A stretch of DNA of 64,000 nucleotides from Phoronis australis (taxonomy: Eukaryota > Animalia > Phoronida), in NCBI GenBank assembly GCA_002633005.1, contig NMRA01000656.1:1-64000 (forward strand), given 5' to 3'. The translations under genes and the position numbers were made by a program. The notes under the pieces were generated by a model, which had not been told where the DNA came from, made no database searches, and saw only the letters and a program-made list of their open reading frames with translations. This document shows positions 28,189-40,562 of this stretch, piece after piece. How positions within the stretch are numbered: the first letter of the stretch is position 1; each line of letters opens with the position of its first letter.

Positions 28189-28337
28189 TCTATCATTCCC
28201 TTCGTTTGCATTTCCAAGAATAGTTCCAGCTGTTCCTTTGTTCTCTCTGTAATCAGCTCTGATTTGTCAATCATATCAAATCCTTGCTCTTTGGCAAATT
28301 TGTTGGCTCCCTCACCACAAAGAAGCACATGGTCTGT
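28189..28337 (-). CDS. ASRGL1: ASRGL1-like exon B3
   Basis: TDHVLLCGEGANKFAKEQGFDMIDKSELITERTKEQLELFLEMQTKGMI(D); 149 nt, phase 0 to 2, GTGAGT donor. Confidence 0.92.
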
Positions 28338-29455
28338 CTGCAACGAATAGAAGAAACAGCATTTGAAAGCACCTATCTATAATTACTAAATGAATAATTA
28401 AAATACTTTAAATGCAGGGCTATACTTGCTAGCTTCCCTGAGAAAATTTATCCAGAATTTTGATTCTTTGCAAGTCTTAGACCAGCCAACCCAAAATGAT
28501 AGTACCAAGCAGCTGATACACAACGGCAGCCATCTTGAGCAAACGATTATATGAAGTTAACATACTTTGTCTCAATCGGTTACGCTGTCTCAACATTAAA
28601 CCTTGTACCCTAAAACATTTGGAATGTTCGCTTTCCTACAGAAAGTATGCTCACAGTTCGTTGACGTGATAGAACTGTGCCTACAACAAATTCTCCCATC
28701 ATTCGAGCAAAGGCACACAAGATTCCTAATGATGACATAATAACCCATTGAATTCGATGGCCTGTCCACACTGGCTGGTCATCTCTAATTCGTTGTCCAT
28801 AGTTAAGTAAAAAGACTATGCATGTGTCTGCCGACTGCCCATAAAATTTTAAGATCTGCTACAAGAGCAGCAGGCATTCTAGAGTGTGCAGAGATAATGG
28901 AAACTTGTACTTCAGTGCACATTGGGATTTGGCACACAATGTCAACAACATCAGACCCATCATGAATTTTTTTTTTCAAAATTGCTGGATTTTATTTCAG
29001 TAAAGCATAAGTTTGTCGTTTCCACGGCACATCAACTTTTTGCTCTTGCTTGCCAAACCTTAGTTAGTAAGCCAGCATATGGAGTTTTCAACAATATGCA
29101 GGCCGCGCTGTGAATTGGTTCCAGGGGAGATAAACCCAAGCAAGGCACTGTTTGATTGAATCATACAGTACAAGTCCAAACAACTGGCTAGATATATCAG
29201 AATCATTATGACATCAACCCCAGAGTAAAACTCACCAAAAGGATTATTTGCATTCCAAAATTAAGCATGGGTTCCCCACAACCACAACACGGCGTGGCTG
29301 TTTCAGGCTCCAAAGCTGGGCCCATATTCTACACTGTTCTTCAGCAAAACCAAAAATTTTCTCACTAAGCAAGATGTTGTCCTTAATTAAAACATTGACC
29401 AGTTTACCAGCAACACCTCCATAGGGTACTATTCACAAGGCTACTAACACAATAC

Positions 29456-29598
29456 CTTATCCATGACTCTGCGTGCAACTCGTGTCGTATAAAGACAGCA
29501 GTCTATACCCCAAACAGCACCAGCTTTAAGGGTTTTACCATCAATGACCAGGGCTTCCATCTCAACATCTCCACTGGCGGTCAGTTTGGAGCCCTTGC
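29456..29598 (-). CDS. ASRGL1: ASRGL1-like exon B2
   Basis: GKGSKLTASGDVEMEALVIDGKTLKAGAVWGIDCCLYTTRVARRVMDK; 143 nt, same length as A2. Confidence 0.93.
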
Positions 29599-30689
29599 CT
29601 GAAATGACAAATAAAAATTATCAGAATAATGCTTCATAGTATAGCCCATCTAACTAAAAATGGGTCCAAAAGAATTGATACGTGCCCGAGGTTCTCTTCC
29701 ACATACTGGTAGCAAAGGGGTGCAGCCACAAATTCAAATGCAGACAAACGCAACACCTGGCCTGGGTTACCAAGACTTTACAAGAGATGTGGTCATGCAA
29801 TACAGATGAAGCATGCGACCAAATCTACACTCACTGCTAGTAAAATTCAGTGCAAGAATGTGCACCTCATTATAAGTTGTTAATTACGAGCACAGCACAG
29901 CACGACTATAGTCAAGCTGAATTGTTATAGGAGTGAAATGTTTGAACTGAAGAAGATGAAATTTTTTCACATCAATACTTAACATATTTCTTCATGAGCC
30001 TTAGAAATTAACTGAGTGTACAAACTAAAGAGAAATTACAACGATCTTGATTTAAGATCAGACTTATAACTTTTGACAAATTGGGTACATCACAGCATGG
30101 TTGCATGACACAGTCGCATATATAGGTTCGTTTCCTTAAATCTACTGTGAATTTTTGGACTCTCGTCTGATAGTCCTTTCTTATGGTGTTTTAGTTTCAT
30201 TTTAGTCAATTTTTTACTTTGATACAAATGTCTGCATTGAATTGTAAATACTGGGTGTTACTGAAAACAAGAAAAAGACCTTATTCCCTTCATTGAACAC
30301 AGGAGTAAGTTTTTACTTACAACATTAGAAATTGCTATTAGCCAAAGAGGAGTTCATAAAAAAGATAAAAGGATGGAAAATGTTATATCTGCAAGTATCT
30401 AATAACACAATACTCAAACAATTTACAGAACTTAGTTAAGTCTCTGTTTACTACTGCGTGTTTCATGCAACCAAACACAGGTGCTTAAAGGCCTAGTTTT
30501 TTCCTAATTATGGCCAAAATAAGAACATCTTGGCTTCCAACGGCAACAAAATGGTTGAAAACTAATTCCTTAACTAAGAAGCAATATACCATGATGAAAC
30601 AGAATAAATTTCATCACTAACTGATAACAAAAAAAAATGCGGAGGGTTGAAATGCACCCACGAATGGACCGCAAACAGTGTGATTCTAT

Positions 30690-31515
30690 TTGTATCGTAA
30701 GAATGGCCACTAGATGGCGCAAAAACGTCGAATCCATTCAACAAATGAAAACATGTCATCGCTTCTTTAATAGAAAGCTATTTACCAAATATAATAAAAA
30801 TCTGTAGTGAATCTTCAGAAAAACAAAGGAAAACAGAAAAAAATGAAATTGCTACTAGGGGGCACAGCATTCATTGGATCCGCCTGAAAGTCATCATCGT
30901 CTGTTGTTAACTTCATATAAATACACTTACTAAACATAATAAAGATCCTGCAATGGGATTAGGAGATATAGCTAAGAGCGCAAAACAAAACAAAACAAAA
31001 CATAACTGCCAATAGGAGGCGCCACAGTAGTCGAAGTCATCGTCATGCATTCTCTTGACACTGAGAACATATACATCAACTTTCAAAATTATCCTTAGAA
31101 TGGATTGGTTGATGATAGAGGGGTGGACGCCAAAAAACAGACTTCAAAACAGCATAAATGGCCACTAGTTGGTGCATATTATATTCCATCGGAAAATGGG
31201 AGGATTAGCGTCATCTCCGTCATCTCACAAATAGATTTCTAATATTCCAAATTTTATGAAAATCTGTTGAGGAACTTTGAAGATACAGAGGTAAACGTAC
31301 AAAACTAAAATTGCCACTAGGGGGCACACCGGTAATCAGATCTGTCCGAAAGTTTGCTCATGCTGTTCCACCCATGAAACGCGAGATGGACGCCATGTAG
31401 ACAGACGCCATACGAATGCCGTATGGATGTCGTACCAACACCGGACGGACGCCGAACAGACGGACGGGGATGATGGCATAATGCGTACACACATAAATAT
31501 GTGGGCGCATAAAAA
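30690..31515 (-). mobile_element. HINE/DINE-1-like (Helentron-associated) element with ~150-bp internal repeats
   Basis: Terminal hairpin ATGCGTACACACATAAATATGTGGGCGCAT (31481-31510) next to an A-run, a GACG/GACA microsatellite, and tandem units each starting GCCACTAG(R)GGGC. Related copies at 3725-3872 + 6552-6840 and ~46030-46520. Confidence 0.65.
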
Positions 31516-31599
31516 GCAACTCAATTTGGAGAGGCTTCAATGTTTACAAATTGCCTTTAAGTTTAAGTTTATACTTAACACTAAAGTCTACAACCAAGA

Positions 31600-32460
31600 A
31601 GTAGCAGTAGCATGCAGTAGCAGTAGCAATGGCAGTGGTAGTGGCAGTGGTAGTGGCAGTGGCAGTTGCAGAAGCAGTAGCAGCAGCAGCAGCAGCAGTA
31701 CCAGTGGCAGTGGCAGAGGCGGTGGCGGCGGCGCCAGTGGCAGAGGCAGTGGCAGTAGTAGCAGTAGAAGTAGCAGCAGCAGTAGTAAGTAGCAGTAGCA
31801 GTAGCAGCAGTAGCAGCAGAAGTAGCAGTAGCAGCAGCAGTAGCAGTAGCAGCAGCAGCAGTAGCAGAAGCGGCAGTAGCAGCAGCAGTAGCAGTAGCAG
31901 CAGCAGTAGCAGTAGCAGCAGCAGCAGTAGCAGTAGCAGCAGTAGCAGTAGCAGCAGTAGCAGTAGCAGTAGTAGCAGTAGAAGGAGTAGCAGTAGCAGC
32001 NNNNNNNNNNNNNNNNNNNNNNNNNNNNNNNNNNNNNNNNNNNNNNNNNNNNNNNNNNNNNNNNNNNNNNNNNNNNNNNNNNNNNNNNNNNNNNNNNNNN
32101 NNNNNNNNNNNNNNNNNNNNNNNNNNNNNNNNNNNNNNNNNNNNNNNNNNNNNNNNNNNNNNNNNNNNNNNNNNNNNNNNNNNNNNNNNNNNNNNNNNNN
32201 NNNNNNNNNNNNNNNNNNNNNNNNNNNNNNNNNNNNNNNNNNNNNNNNNNNNNNNNNNNNNNNNNNNNNNNNNNNNNNNNNNNNNNNNNNNNNNNNNNNN
32301 NNNNNNNNNNNNNNNNNNNNNNNNNNNNNNNNNNNNNNNNNNNNNNNNNNNNNNNNNNNNNNNNNNNNNNNNNNNNNNNNNNNNNNNNNNNNNNNNNNNN
32401 NNGCAGCAAGTAGCAGTAGCAGTATGCAGAAGCAGTAGCAGCAGTAGCAGTAGCAGCAGA
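31600..32460. repeat. (AGC/AGT)n compound microsatellite spanning a 402-N gap (32001-32402)
   Basis: Directly visible. Confidence 0.97.
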
Positions 32461-32670
32461 AACTGTACGGACAAGCCAAAATCACCAAACAAAACAGAAA
32501 GAAATCAAAATCGCAAGTTGCATTTTGCGACAAGGTAATCGGGGAATTTCTTTTGGACCATTTAAGAGTAATGGTGCAAAATTACCGAGACCAGTAGCAG
32601 TAGCTTACTAAATGAAAAACGCACGTTAAGTCTTTTCCCCAAAAAGATGATGCATGCAGCCACCTATTAC

Positions 32671-32896
32671 CAGCATTGAATACAGGGTCTCTGTCAAATA
32701 TGTCTACAGCAGCTACCACTGCGTCCATGGCCGTGCCGCCACTCTGCAAGATTTCCATTCCTGCCTTGGCAGCCATTTTACAGCCATCAAGGTGTGGCTG
32801 AATCCAGGCTGCTGGGAAATTCACAGAACCGGCACCGCTATGAACAACTATGACCGGCTCACTGTATGGAGGATCTAAATGTTTTGGTAGTGAAAC
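32671..32896 (-). CDS. ASRGL1: ASRGL1-like exon B1 (linker plus start of second asparaginase domain; no ATG start)
   Basis: ttattgcag|VSLPKHLDPPYSEPVIVVHSGAGSVNFPAAWIQPHLDGCKMAAKAGMEILQSGGTAMDAVVAAVDIFDRDPVFNA(G)|gtaata; 226 nt, phase 0 to 1. Confidence 0.92.
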
Positions 32897-33436
32897 CTGC
32901 AATAAACGAAGGATATTCAGACCTTGCCCACATGATTTCCTTTTTCACTAAGGATACATCTTCCTTGTACATGCATCATATCTACTGAAATTGACAATCC
33001 ACTCTATTGGAATTTCTGTAAAATGACGTACGTATTATACTTGACACGTGTAAAAAGTGATAACACAAAACGTAATTTAGTTGTGAATGTTCAATCATAA
33101 CAGAGTCTTGGTGTGCACTTGGAAAATGAAAATTGACAAAAAATGACATCTTTGCTTAATTTCCTGACTTGAAAAGACCTTTAGTGACTTGCTGTATGAA
33201 GTTTCCAATCAAAGGAAAGAGTAATTAACTTTTTAAAATGTGCTAAGGTTGAAACTTCAATCCATGAGAGCGAGAAAGTGTAAATGTTATGCGAATGCGT
33301 TGAAGGCCATCATGGAAAGAAGTGTTCTCCAATTACATGGCTACCTTTGTTGAAGTTATTTCAACAAAAATAAACAAAATCTCTACTTGAATGTGTTTTT
33401 CATCTATTCAAGACACTGTACTAACGTGCCACTTAC

Positions 33437-33654
33437 GGGCTGAGCTCCAGTCCAGATAGGCTGATAGCCGTCTCCGGGATTGATGCCGTGTTTAAGGGTT
33501 CCCTCTTTGTCAAAGGCAGCCCACGCCATGCGCTCGGTCGTAAAATGACGCCCAATGTTACCATCTTTATCCACAACAATACAGCCACCATAACCATCAA
33601 TTCTCTGCGACATAAATGACAGTGCCTTCTCAGCAGCTTCCTGTGCTGAGGATC
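33437..33654 (-). CDS. ASRGL1: Second (allelic) copy of exon A6, contiguous with domain B exons
   Basis: Same peptide as 37778-37995 (synonymous differences only). CCC|GTAAGT donor at 33436-33431; read-through stop at 33404. Confidence 0.88.
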
Positions 33655-35525
33655 CTATAATCATATCAAAACCCAACAAGACCTGCATGAAAGAGATATA
33701 CCGGTATGTGTGTGTTCAATTTCCAATAAAGCTCAATTGCTTATAAAGAAATTAATCATTGGTAGGCGTACCAATCGGACATCATCGGGGCCAAGTATCA
33801 TCTTCTTGCGAATGCACCCCAGAGTTTAGTGGTGATATGTTAAAAAGGTTAGAGGAATTTAGGTTGTAAGCTCGGCAATTGTAAACAAATATAGCGGACC
33901 TGTCTAGGGTCTTGTTAAGCTTGAGAGTAGATGTGTGTGTATACTATATATGCTTGGCTCTGCTTTACCGCGTAGTTGTTGTAGAGGTTCGACTTTGTTT
34001 TTGTGAACTGACACTGTTGTTTCTCATGGCATGCGCTGGACGATGTCACACGAAGTCACCTGTTCAGGCTACCTGAACAGCACAGTTCAAGCACAAATGA
34101 ACACAAGTGTTGCAAATAAAATATCGTTCACTATTAACGTACTTTTTGTAGAGATTTATACTAAAACCACAACCATAAAATGGTTAACATTAAAGTCAGT
34201 GTTCTGTCAAAAAGAAACTATAGTTTAGATCTCGTAGTTTTCGTTTGTTACTCAAACAAGAAGTGATGTCTTTCTTTGCGACGATCTAACAGTCCGTCAA
34301 ATTGCTTGCAACAAAGCTATAAGCATGTTTGCTTGACCTCGGCAGATCATTTTATGCCATGACAAAAGCCCCAAGCACCTCTTCTTGGGCATGCACAGAA
34401 ACCATTTCTCACTAGAAAGGTGTAGCAGCATTGCACACCACCAGATATAACACAGCTTTTTCAGTCACATAACAATAATACCCAGACTGATGGAACATTG
34501 CACAATACTTACAGATCAAATACAACTTTGAAGCAAGGTGAATTATTGTTGCACGTTATGGCTCACTCTCCTATTCCAACTTTGCTGCATTCTTTAGGGG
34601 TAGGTCACCTCTGGCAAGCGGTTTTGCTTACACGAGTCAAATTGCCCCATTGTGCAGCTCAGGCAGGATACACAATAGAAGTTGGGACATATCAATGAAA
34701 GAACAGCAGTTGCAATGCACATTATTTCTCTTTTGTTCTGTTGCAGCTAACAGACATTAATATTTAAGTTTTACGTAGTCTACAGTGTCTAAAATGTGTG
34801 GGAAAGAATTGCCAGGGGACAGGTACTGCTACCCACCAACACTAATCACAAACAAAAAAATTGGTCATAAAAGTCCAGGTGCTGTTGTCAGTGTCTATTG
34901 TAATCCCAACAGGTAACAAACATACATAGTTGCCGAAATGCGATGTAACACATAATGACCATCTAAAATGTTAAGATTTTGGGGAAAGAATGTTGGCATG
35001 AACAGGCAGCAGTGGTTACCACAAACAACCATCTCTATTCTGTCACCCCCAAATAAAAGCATCCGCTCATAAAAGTCCAGGCACTATGAACATGGTAAGT
35101 GTCTATTGTAATCCCAACCAGTAAGAAGAATTCATGGTTAGCGATTGAGAAATGAGATGTAGCACCTAATGGTAAATGTTACTCCAGAGGGTCAAGGTCA
35201 CCAATACCAACTCCTAGGATGTGCAAAAGGGCTCCAGTGTCAATGGCATGTAATTATCATTCTGGTAGCATTCTAAATCAAGCAGTAGAACAACAGTACA
35301 ATTACAATATGGTGGTGATTAAAAGAAGATACACTGCAGCCGCATGGTTCCTGTCACATGTCACACCTTTGTGTCAGGCTACAATCCAATTCCCAAGCCT
35401 GTTAATTAAATCACAGACATGACCAAGTACTGTCTTTAGTCAGGGGAGTAAGCATTATCAGCACTATTTGCGGCGTTATTACACAATAGGTTGAAATGGC
35501 TTGTGCACCTAATGGCCAAATCAGA

Positions 35526-35711
35526 CTGCCTTTAATATCTATATCATCTAAATACCCTGCTTTTAATATCTATATCATCTAAATACCCTGCTTTTAATAT
35601 CTATATCATCTAAATACCCTGCTTTTAATATCTATATCATCTAAATACCCTGCTTTTAATATCTATATCATCTAAATACCCTGCTTTTAATATCTATATC
35701 ATCTAAATACC
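35526..35711. repeat. 31-bp minisatellite x6
   Basis: CTGCTTTTAATATCTATATCATCTAAATACC head to tail, no spacers. Confidence 0.95.
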
Positions 35712-36679
35712 CCTAAGAAAATTGCTAGTGTTAAACGATACTCTTGCCGCTTCATTTTAGTTAAAAAATTTACGAAATAAATTTTTACGCAAACCAAATT
35801 ATTCCAAACTAATTCACAAATAATGCTGCTTTAACATAACCTCAATTTTGTTTAAAATATATTAAACAGAATTTATTAGAGAATCGTTGAGTATTGAATT
35901 TCCTGGTGGTGCACCAACAAAATGGTCACCACTGAACTATGTTTTATGAAGTTGTACAACAAAAGGCATATACACACAGGACTGTAATTTATGAAATTTT
36001 CACATTTTGGGGCATTGATAGGGTAACTACTTTGCATAGTCTGTGGCTTTTGTAGACATTTGAAAATCATGGACGTCTTTCACATGCACGGTCAGAGAAA
36101 GTGGTTCTTTCTGAACCCTGCTTTTAGTCACACAACTCAGTTAGCTTGTGTAAATAAACGCAGTTTAAAAAAGAGTTTATGGTGCAGGCAGAGAATACAA
36201 CTGTTATATTACTCCTTATGGGTTTTGAATAGCCAAGCCATCTTTCAATGGGTGAGCTTTGTTCTGTGTTATTAAAAAGAGAAATAAAAGGAAAGAGTGA
36301 CTGTCTTAATATTCACCCTTATTTTCACCAATTCAGAGCTCGTAGTCTCATGAATTGAGACATCATTAAACTAGTAAGAACATTTCGGAAATCAGAGTAC
36401 TGTGCCAGTGTGTATTTATGTTTTTACTAACAATTCATAAACTGCAGTGCACCCTGGCAGCCATGCTGTTTGCAGACCACCAGAAATTTCAGTTTTATTG
36501 AAAATTCTACAATAAATTCTGTGCACACTTGATTAAGTGTCGAAAGTGCATCATTTTCAAAATAAATAATGAAGGGATTGGTTTGCAGTCAAATTCTTTT
36601 CATGAAGTTTTTAACAAGAAAAAGTGGAAATGGTATCTGCAAACAGATGAGCGCGTTATGAAAATAATGGTCAGTGTAC

Positions 36680-36790
36680 CTTTGCTCATATGCCATATTG
36701 CTCTCCTTGCCAGACAAACTCTCATAATGGCTTCACCAAATCCAGTGGTTGACACGGCCCCAACTTCATTACAACAATACCCACCACTAC
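36680..36790 (-). CDS. ASRGL1: Second (allelic) copy of exon A5
   Basis: Same peptide as 38534-38644, with near-identical flanking introns. Confidence 0.8.
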
Positions 36791-37199
36791 CTGGAGAATA
36801 AAACAAGGATAAATGTTACCATAGATTATAGACAACAGATTCGCAACTCCGACATTTTCTTGCTTACTATCCTAGAGGAGGTACCACTTTCCTAAATTAC
36901 CAACTTCATTTTCTGGTTAGTGTATAGTGATGGAAAATTCTCACATCTAATTTACTGCCTAGTACAACGAGAAAAAATAATTTCGGCATTGAAACGCTGT
37001 TCAAAGTCTTCCAAAAATAGAACTGGTGGTATCGTGAGTACTTTCGGCACCCGACTACAAACAGCAGACCATGATTAGCAGACGACGTACTTGCCGGAAG
37101 TAAAACTTGTTAATTTTGTCAGGTGTTGATAGTGAATAATGACGTCATGACTTATGTGTAAGATCACAGATTTCGTTAATTGAAAATATACGAAGTCTN

Positions 37200-37293
37200 T
37201 CCAGGCTGCTGGGAAATTCACAGAACCGGCACCGCTATGAACAACTATGACCGGCTCACTGTATGGAGGATCTAAATGTTTTGGCAGTGAAAC
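37200..37293 (-). CDS. ASRGL1: Partial allelic copy of exon B1, cut by the contig join at n 37199
   Basis: VSLPKHLDPPYSEPVIVVHSGAGSVNFPAAW, the same peptide as 32803-32896. Confidence 0.7.
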
Positions 37294-37777
37294 CTGCAAT
37301 AAACGAAGGATTTTCAGGCCTTGCCCACATGATTGCCTTTTTCACTAAGGATACATCTTCCTTGCACATGCACCATATCTACTGAAATTGACAATCATTG
37401 GAATTTCTGTAAAATGACGTACGTATTACTTGACATGTGTAAAAAGTGATAACACAAACCTTAATATAGTTGGAAAATGAAAATTGACAAAAATTGACAT
37501 GTTTACTTAATTTCCTGACTTGAAAAGACCTTTAGTCAGACTTGCTGTATGAAGTTTCCAATCGAAGGAAAGAGTAACTTTTTAAAATGTGCTAAGGTTG
37601 AAACTTCAATCCACGAGAGCAAAAAAGTGTAAATGTCATGCGAATGCGTTGAAGGCAACCATGGAAAGAAGTGTTCTTCAATTACATGGCTACCTTTGTT
37701 GAAGTTATTTCAACAAAAAAAAATCTCTACTTGAATGTGTTTTTCATCTATTCAAGGCACTGTAACGTGCCACTTAC

Positions 37778-37995
37778 GGGCTGAGCTCCAGTCCAGATAG
37801 GCTGATAGCCATCTCCGGGATTGATGCCGTGTTTAAGGGTTCCCTCTTTGTCAAAGGCAGCCCACGCCATGCGCTCGGTCGTAAAATGACGCCCAATGTT
37901 ACCATCTTTATCCACAACAATACAGCCACCATAACCATCAATTCTCTGCGACATAAATGACAGTGCCTTCTCAGCAGCTTCCTGTGCCGAGGATC
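37778..37995 (-). CDS. ASRGL1: ASRGL1-like exon A6 (ends at an internal GTAAGT donor; read-through would stop at 37748)
   Basis: SSAQEAAEKALSFMSQRIDGYGGCIVVDKDGNIGRHFTTERMAWAA...GINPGDGYQPIWTGAQP|gtaagt; 218 nt. Confidence 0.88.
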
Positions 37996-38533
37996 CTGTA
38001 ATCATATCAAAACTCAACAAGTCCTGCATGAAAGAGATACTGAGAGAGAACTGTTTTATTACTCCTTATGGGTTTTGAATAGTCAAGCCATCTTTCAATG
38101 GGTGAGCTTAGTTCTGTGTTATTAAAAAGAGAAATAAAAGGAAAGAGTGACTGTCTTAATATTCACCCTTATTTTCACCAATTTAGAGCTCGTAGTCTCA
38201 TGAATTGAGAGTCATCATTAAACTAGTAAGAACATTTCGGAAATCAGAGTACTGTGCCAGTGTGTATTTATGTTTTTTACTATCAATTCATAAACTGCAG
38301 TGCACCCTGGCAGCCATGCTGTTTGCGGACCACCAGAAATTTCAGTTTTATTGAAAATTCTACAATAAATTCTGTGCACACTTGATTAAGTGTCGAAAGT
38401 GCATCATTTTCAAGACAAATAATGAATGGATTGGTTTGCAGTCAAATTCTTTTCATGAAGTTTTTAACAAGAAAAAAGTGGAAATGGTATCTGCAAACAG
38501 ATGAGCGCGTTATGAAAATAATGGTCAGTGTAC

Positions 38534-38644
38534 CTTTGCTCATATGCCATATTGCTCTCCTTGCCAGACAAACTCTCATAATGGCTTCACCAAATCCAGT
38601 GGTTGACACGGCCCCAACTTCATTACAACAATACCCACCACTAC
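38534..38644 (-). CDS. ASRGL1: ASRGL1-like exon A5
   Basis: GSGGYCCNEVGAVSTTGFGEAIMRVCLARRAIWHMSK; 111 nt, phase 1 to 1. Confidence 0.92.
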
Positions 38645-39537
38645 CTGGAGAATAAAACAAGGATAAATGTTACCATAGATTATAGACAACAGATTCGCAA
38701 CTCCGACATTTTCTTGCTTACTATCCTAGAGGAGGTACCACTTTCCTAAATTACCAACTTCATTTTCTGGTTAGTGTATAGTGATGGAAAATTCTCACAT
38801 CTAATTTACTGCCTAGTACAACGAGAAAAAATAATTTCGGCATTGAAACGCTGTTCAAAGTCTTCCAAAAATAGAACTGGTGGTATCGTGAGTACTTTCG
38901 GCACCCGACTACAAACAGCAGACCATGATTAGCAGACGACGTACTTGCCGGAAGTAAAACTTGTTAATTTTGTCAGGTGTTGATAGTGAATAATGACGTC
39001 ATGACTTATGTGTAAGATCACAGATTTCGTTAATTGAAAATATACGAAGTCTTTGATGTTATAGTTTCCTTGTCAAGACAGATTATTAATAAGCTTCGGC
39101 AGCCTATCAAACAGTGATGTCATCACGATCTCCACACGTTTAGTATCATAACCAATTTTAATTTAAGCAAAAAACAAGAACATGACAGCATTACTTTCGA
39201 AGAACTTTATTGTGGCTTTAACTGGTTTGACCACATAATCCAAGAAATGAGAGCTAGCATGAAGATGCCACTTTAAATATCTGAATAATGATACTACATC
39301 TTACCAATTTAGGACTCAAAATGACTGACAATGATTTTTTTTCTTTATTTTTCCATGGAAGATGTATAGCACCAAATTAATGTTTTTTAAGTTCTGTAAC
39401 ATCGCTGTGGTCTACCAATGTTTGAGAAGTTATGTGCATTCATAAAAATGTAAGAAGCCCTTGAAAAATGAAAAAGGGCAATTTTAACAATTATTTTTTT
39501 GTCCGAAATTGGTGACATTTTACCAAACTCTTCCTAC

Positions 39538-39671
39538 CAATGAGAGGTGAGTCACCAATGCGTCCTGCCAGTTTCGAGGCTATCCCCCCGGTAGAAGTAG
39601 TACAGGCAACATTCCCATCGGAGTCAACAGCTACCACACCCACAGTCTCATGCCCAGTCTGAGCCAGACCT
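39538..39671 (-). CDS. ASRGL1: Second (allelic) copy of exon A4
   Basis: Same peptide with two synonymous differences; lies in the segment duplicated across the n at 40563. Confidence 0.8.
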
Positions 39672-40268
39672 CTGGAACAAAAATGTCAAATGACTCAAAT
39701 AGTTCAACATAACAAATTATTTAAATCACCACATGCTATCTTTACGGTGCAACTCAAAGAGTAAATTGATTCACACATCCCGAATTCAACTCTCCTCTTT
39801 CTCAAAGCTAGAAAAATCCATTGTACGATTGGCCTAGTTTTTATAATATCAGGGGTTCTCCTGTTGACCCCAGTTGACTTGTTTGATAGATCAGATATGC
39901 AACAAATAAGCTGGCTGGTTGACCAGAGAATAGCGATGCAGAATCTTACACCATTGGTTAACTCCACTGGGCTGGGCTTAAAAAATCGTCAATCATTAGC
40001 TGCCCAGTGAAATAGATGTTCTAAAGTCAAGGAGAGTTCCTTGCCTGATTTTTGATGGCAAGCACCACCAAAACAGTGAGGCATGACCAAAGGTCATATT
40101 AGTGCCACTTTATAACTTTGCTTAACTATAACTCTGAAGCTGATGGGAAACTTCGCAGTTTACCACTGATAACATCAAAGTTTAGGTAGTAGCGAGTTTA
40201 ACTGTATGGGAATTAGGGCCTTTTGAAACATGGCATATATATTAATAAGATTGAGCTCAGCAGATTAA

Positions 40269-40562
40269 AGGCGAAGGCAACCTTTTTCCATGTCATTTTG
40301 AGCTAAAATAAGGTTGGTTGGTTATCCTAGACATATTTTCCACTTAATTACAGCTTTTCGTAATTTTATTAATTACACGTCCGCTACTTCGGAAGTGACG
40401 TTTTAGGAGGCAAGCATTTCGCGCCAATTTCTTTTCACATAGTCTGACTGTGAGAGCTGACGAGTCAGTCATTGTTCTACCTCGGTTGTGTTGAGTTCCG
40501 TCGTCGTTTGCTTTCATTTACTAGTCAGTCAACATGCCACACTGTTGCTGCGTACCAGGATG
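40269..40562 (+). mobile_element. Left end of a haplotype-specific Kolobok-like transposon with a THAP-type ORF start
   Basis: Starts AGG directly after TTAA (40265-40268) where the other allele (41423-41426) is empty; ATG at 40534 reads MPHCCCVPG(C) up to the contig break. Confidence 0.7.

Larger units (their letters stand above)
32803..39051. other. Probable haplotype duplication (assembly artefact) around n at 37199
   Basis: 32803-33698 matches 37200-38039 and ~36200-37198 matches ~38050-39051, introns included; the junction is a single n that cuts an exon. Confidence 0.85.

Noticed and set aside
31427-32533. Long poly-Ser/Leu/Ala/Cys ORFs
   Set aside because: They are translations of an AGC/AGT microsatellite and an N gap.
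32582-32902. ORF-track start 'MQVSLP' as the start of an independent gene B
   Set aside because: The 'M' is a TTG inside the splice acceptor TTGCAG, not an ATG.
35526-35711. 31-bp direct repeats resembling a CRISPR array
   Set aside because: Units are head to tail with no spacers, there are no cas genes, and the context is a eukaryotic intron; it is a minisatellite.
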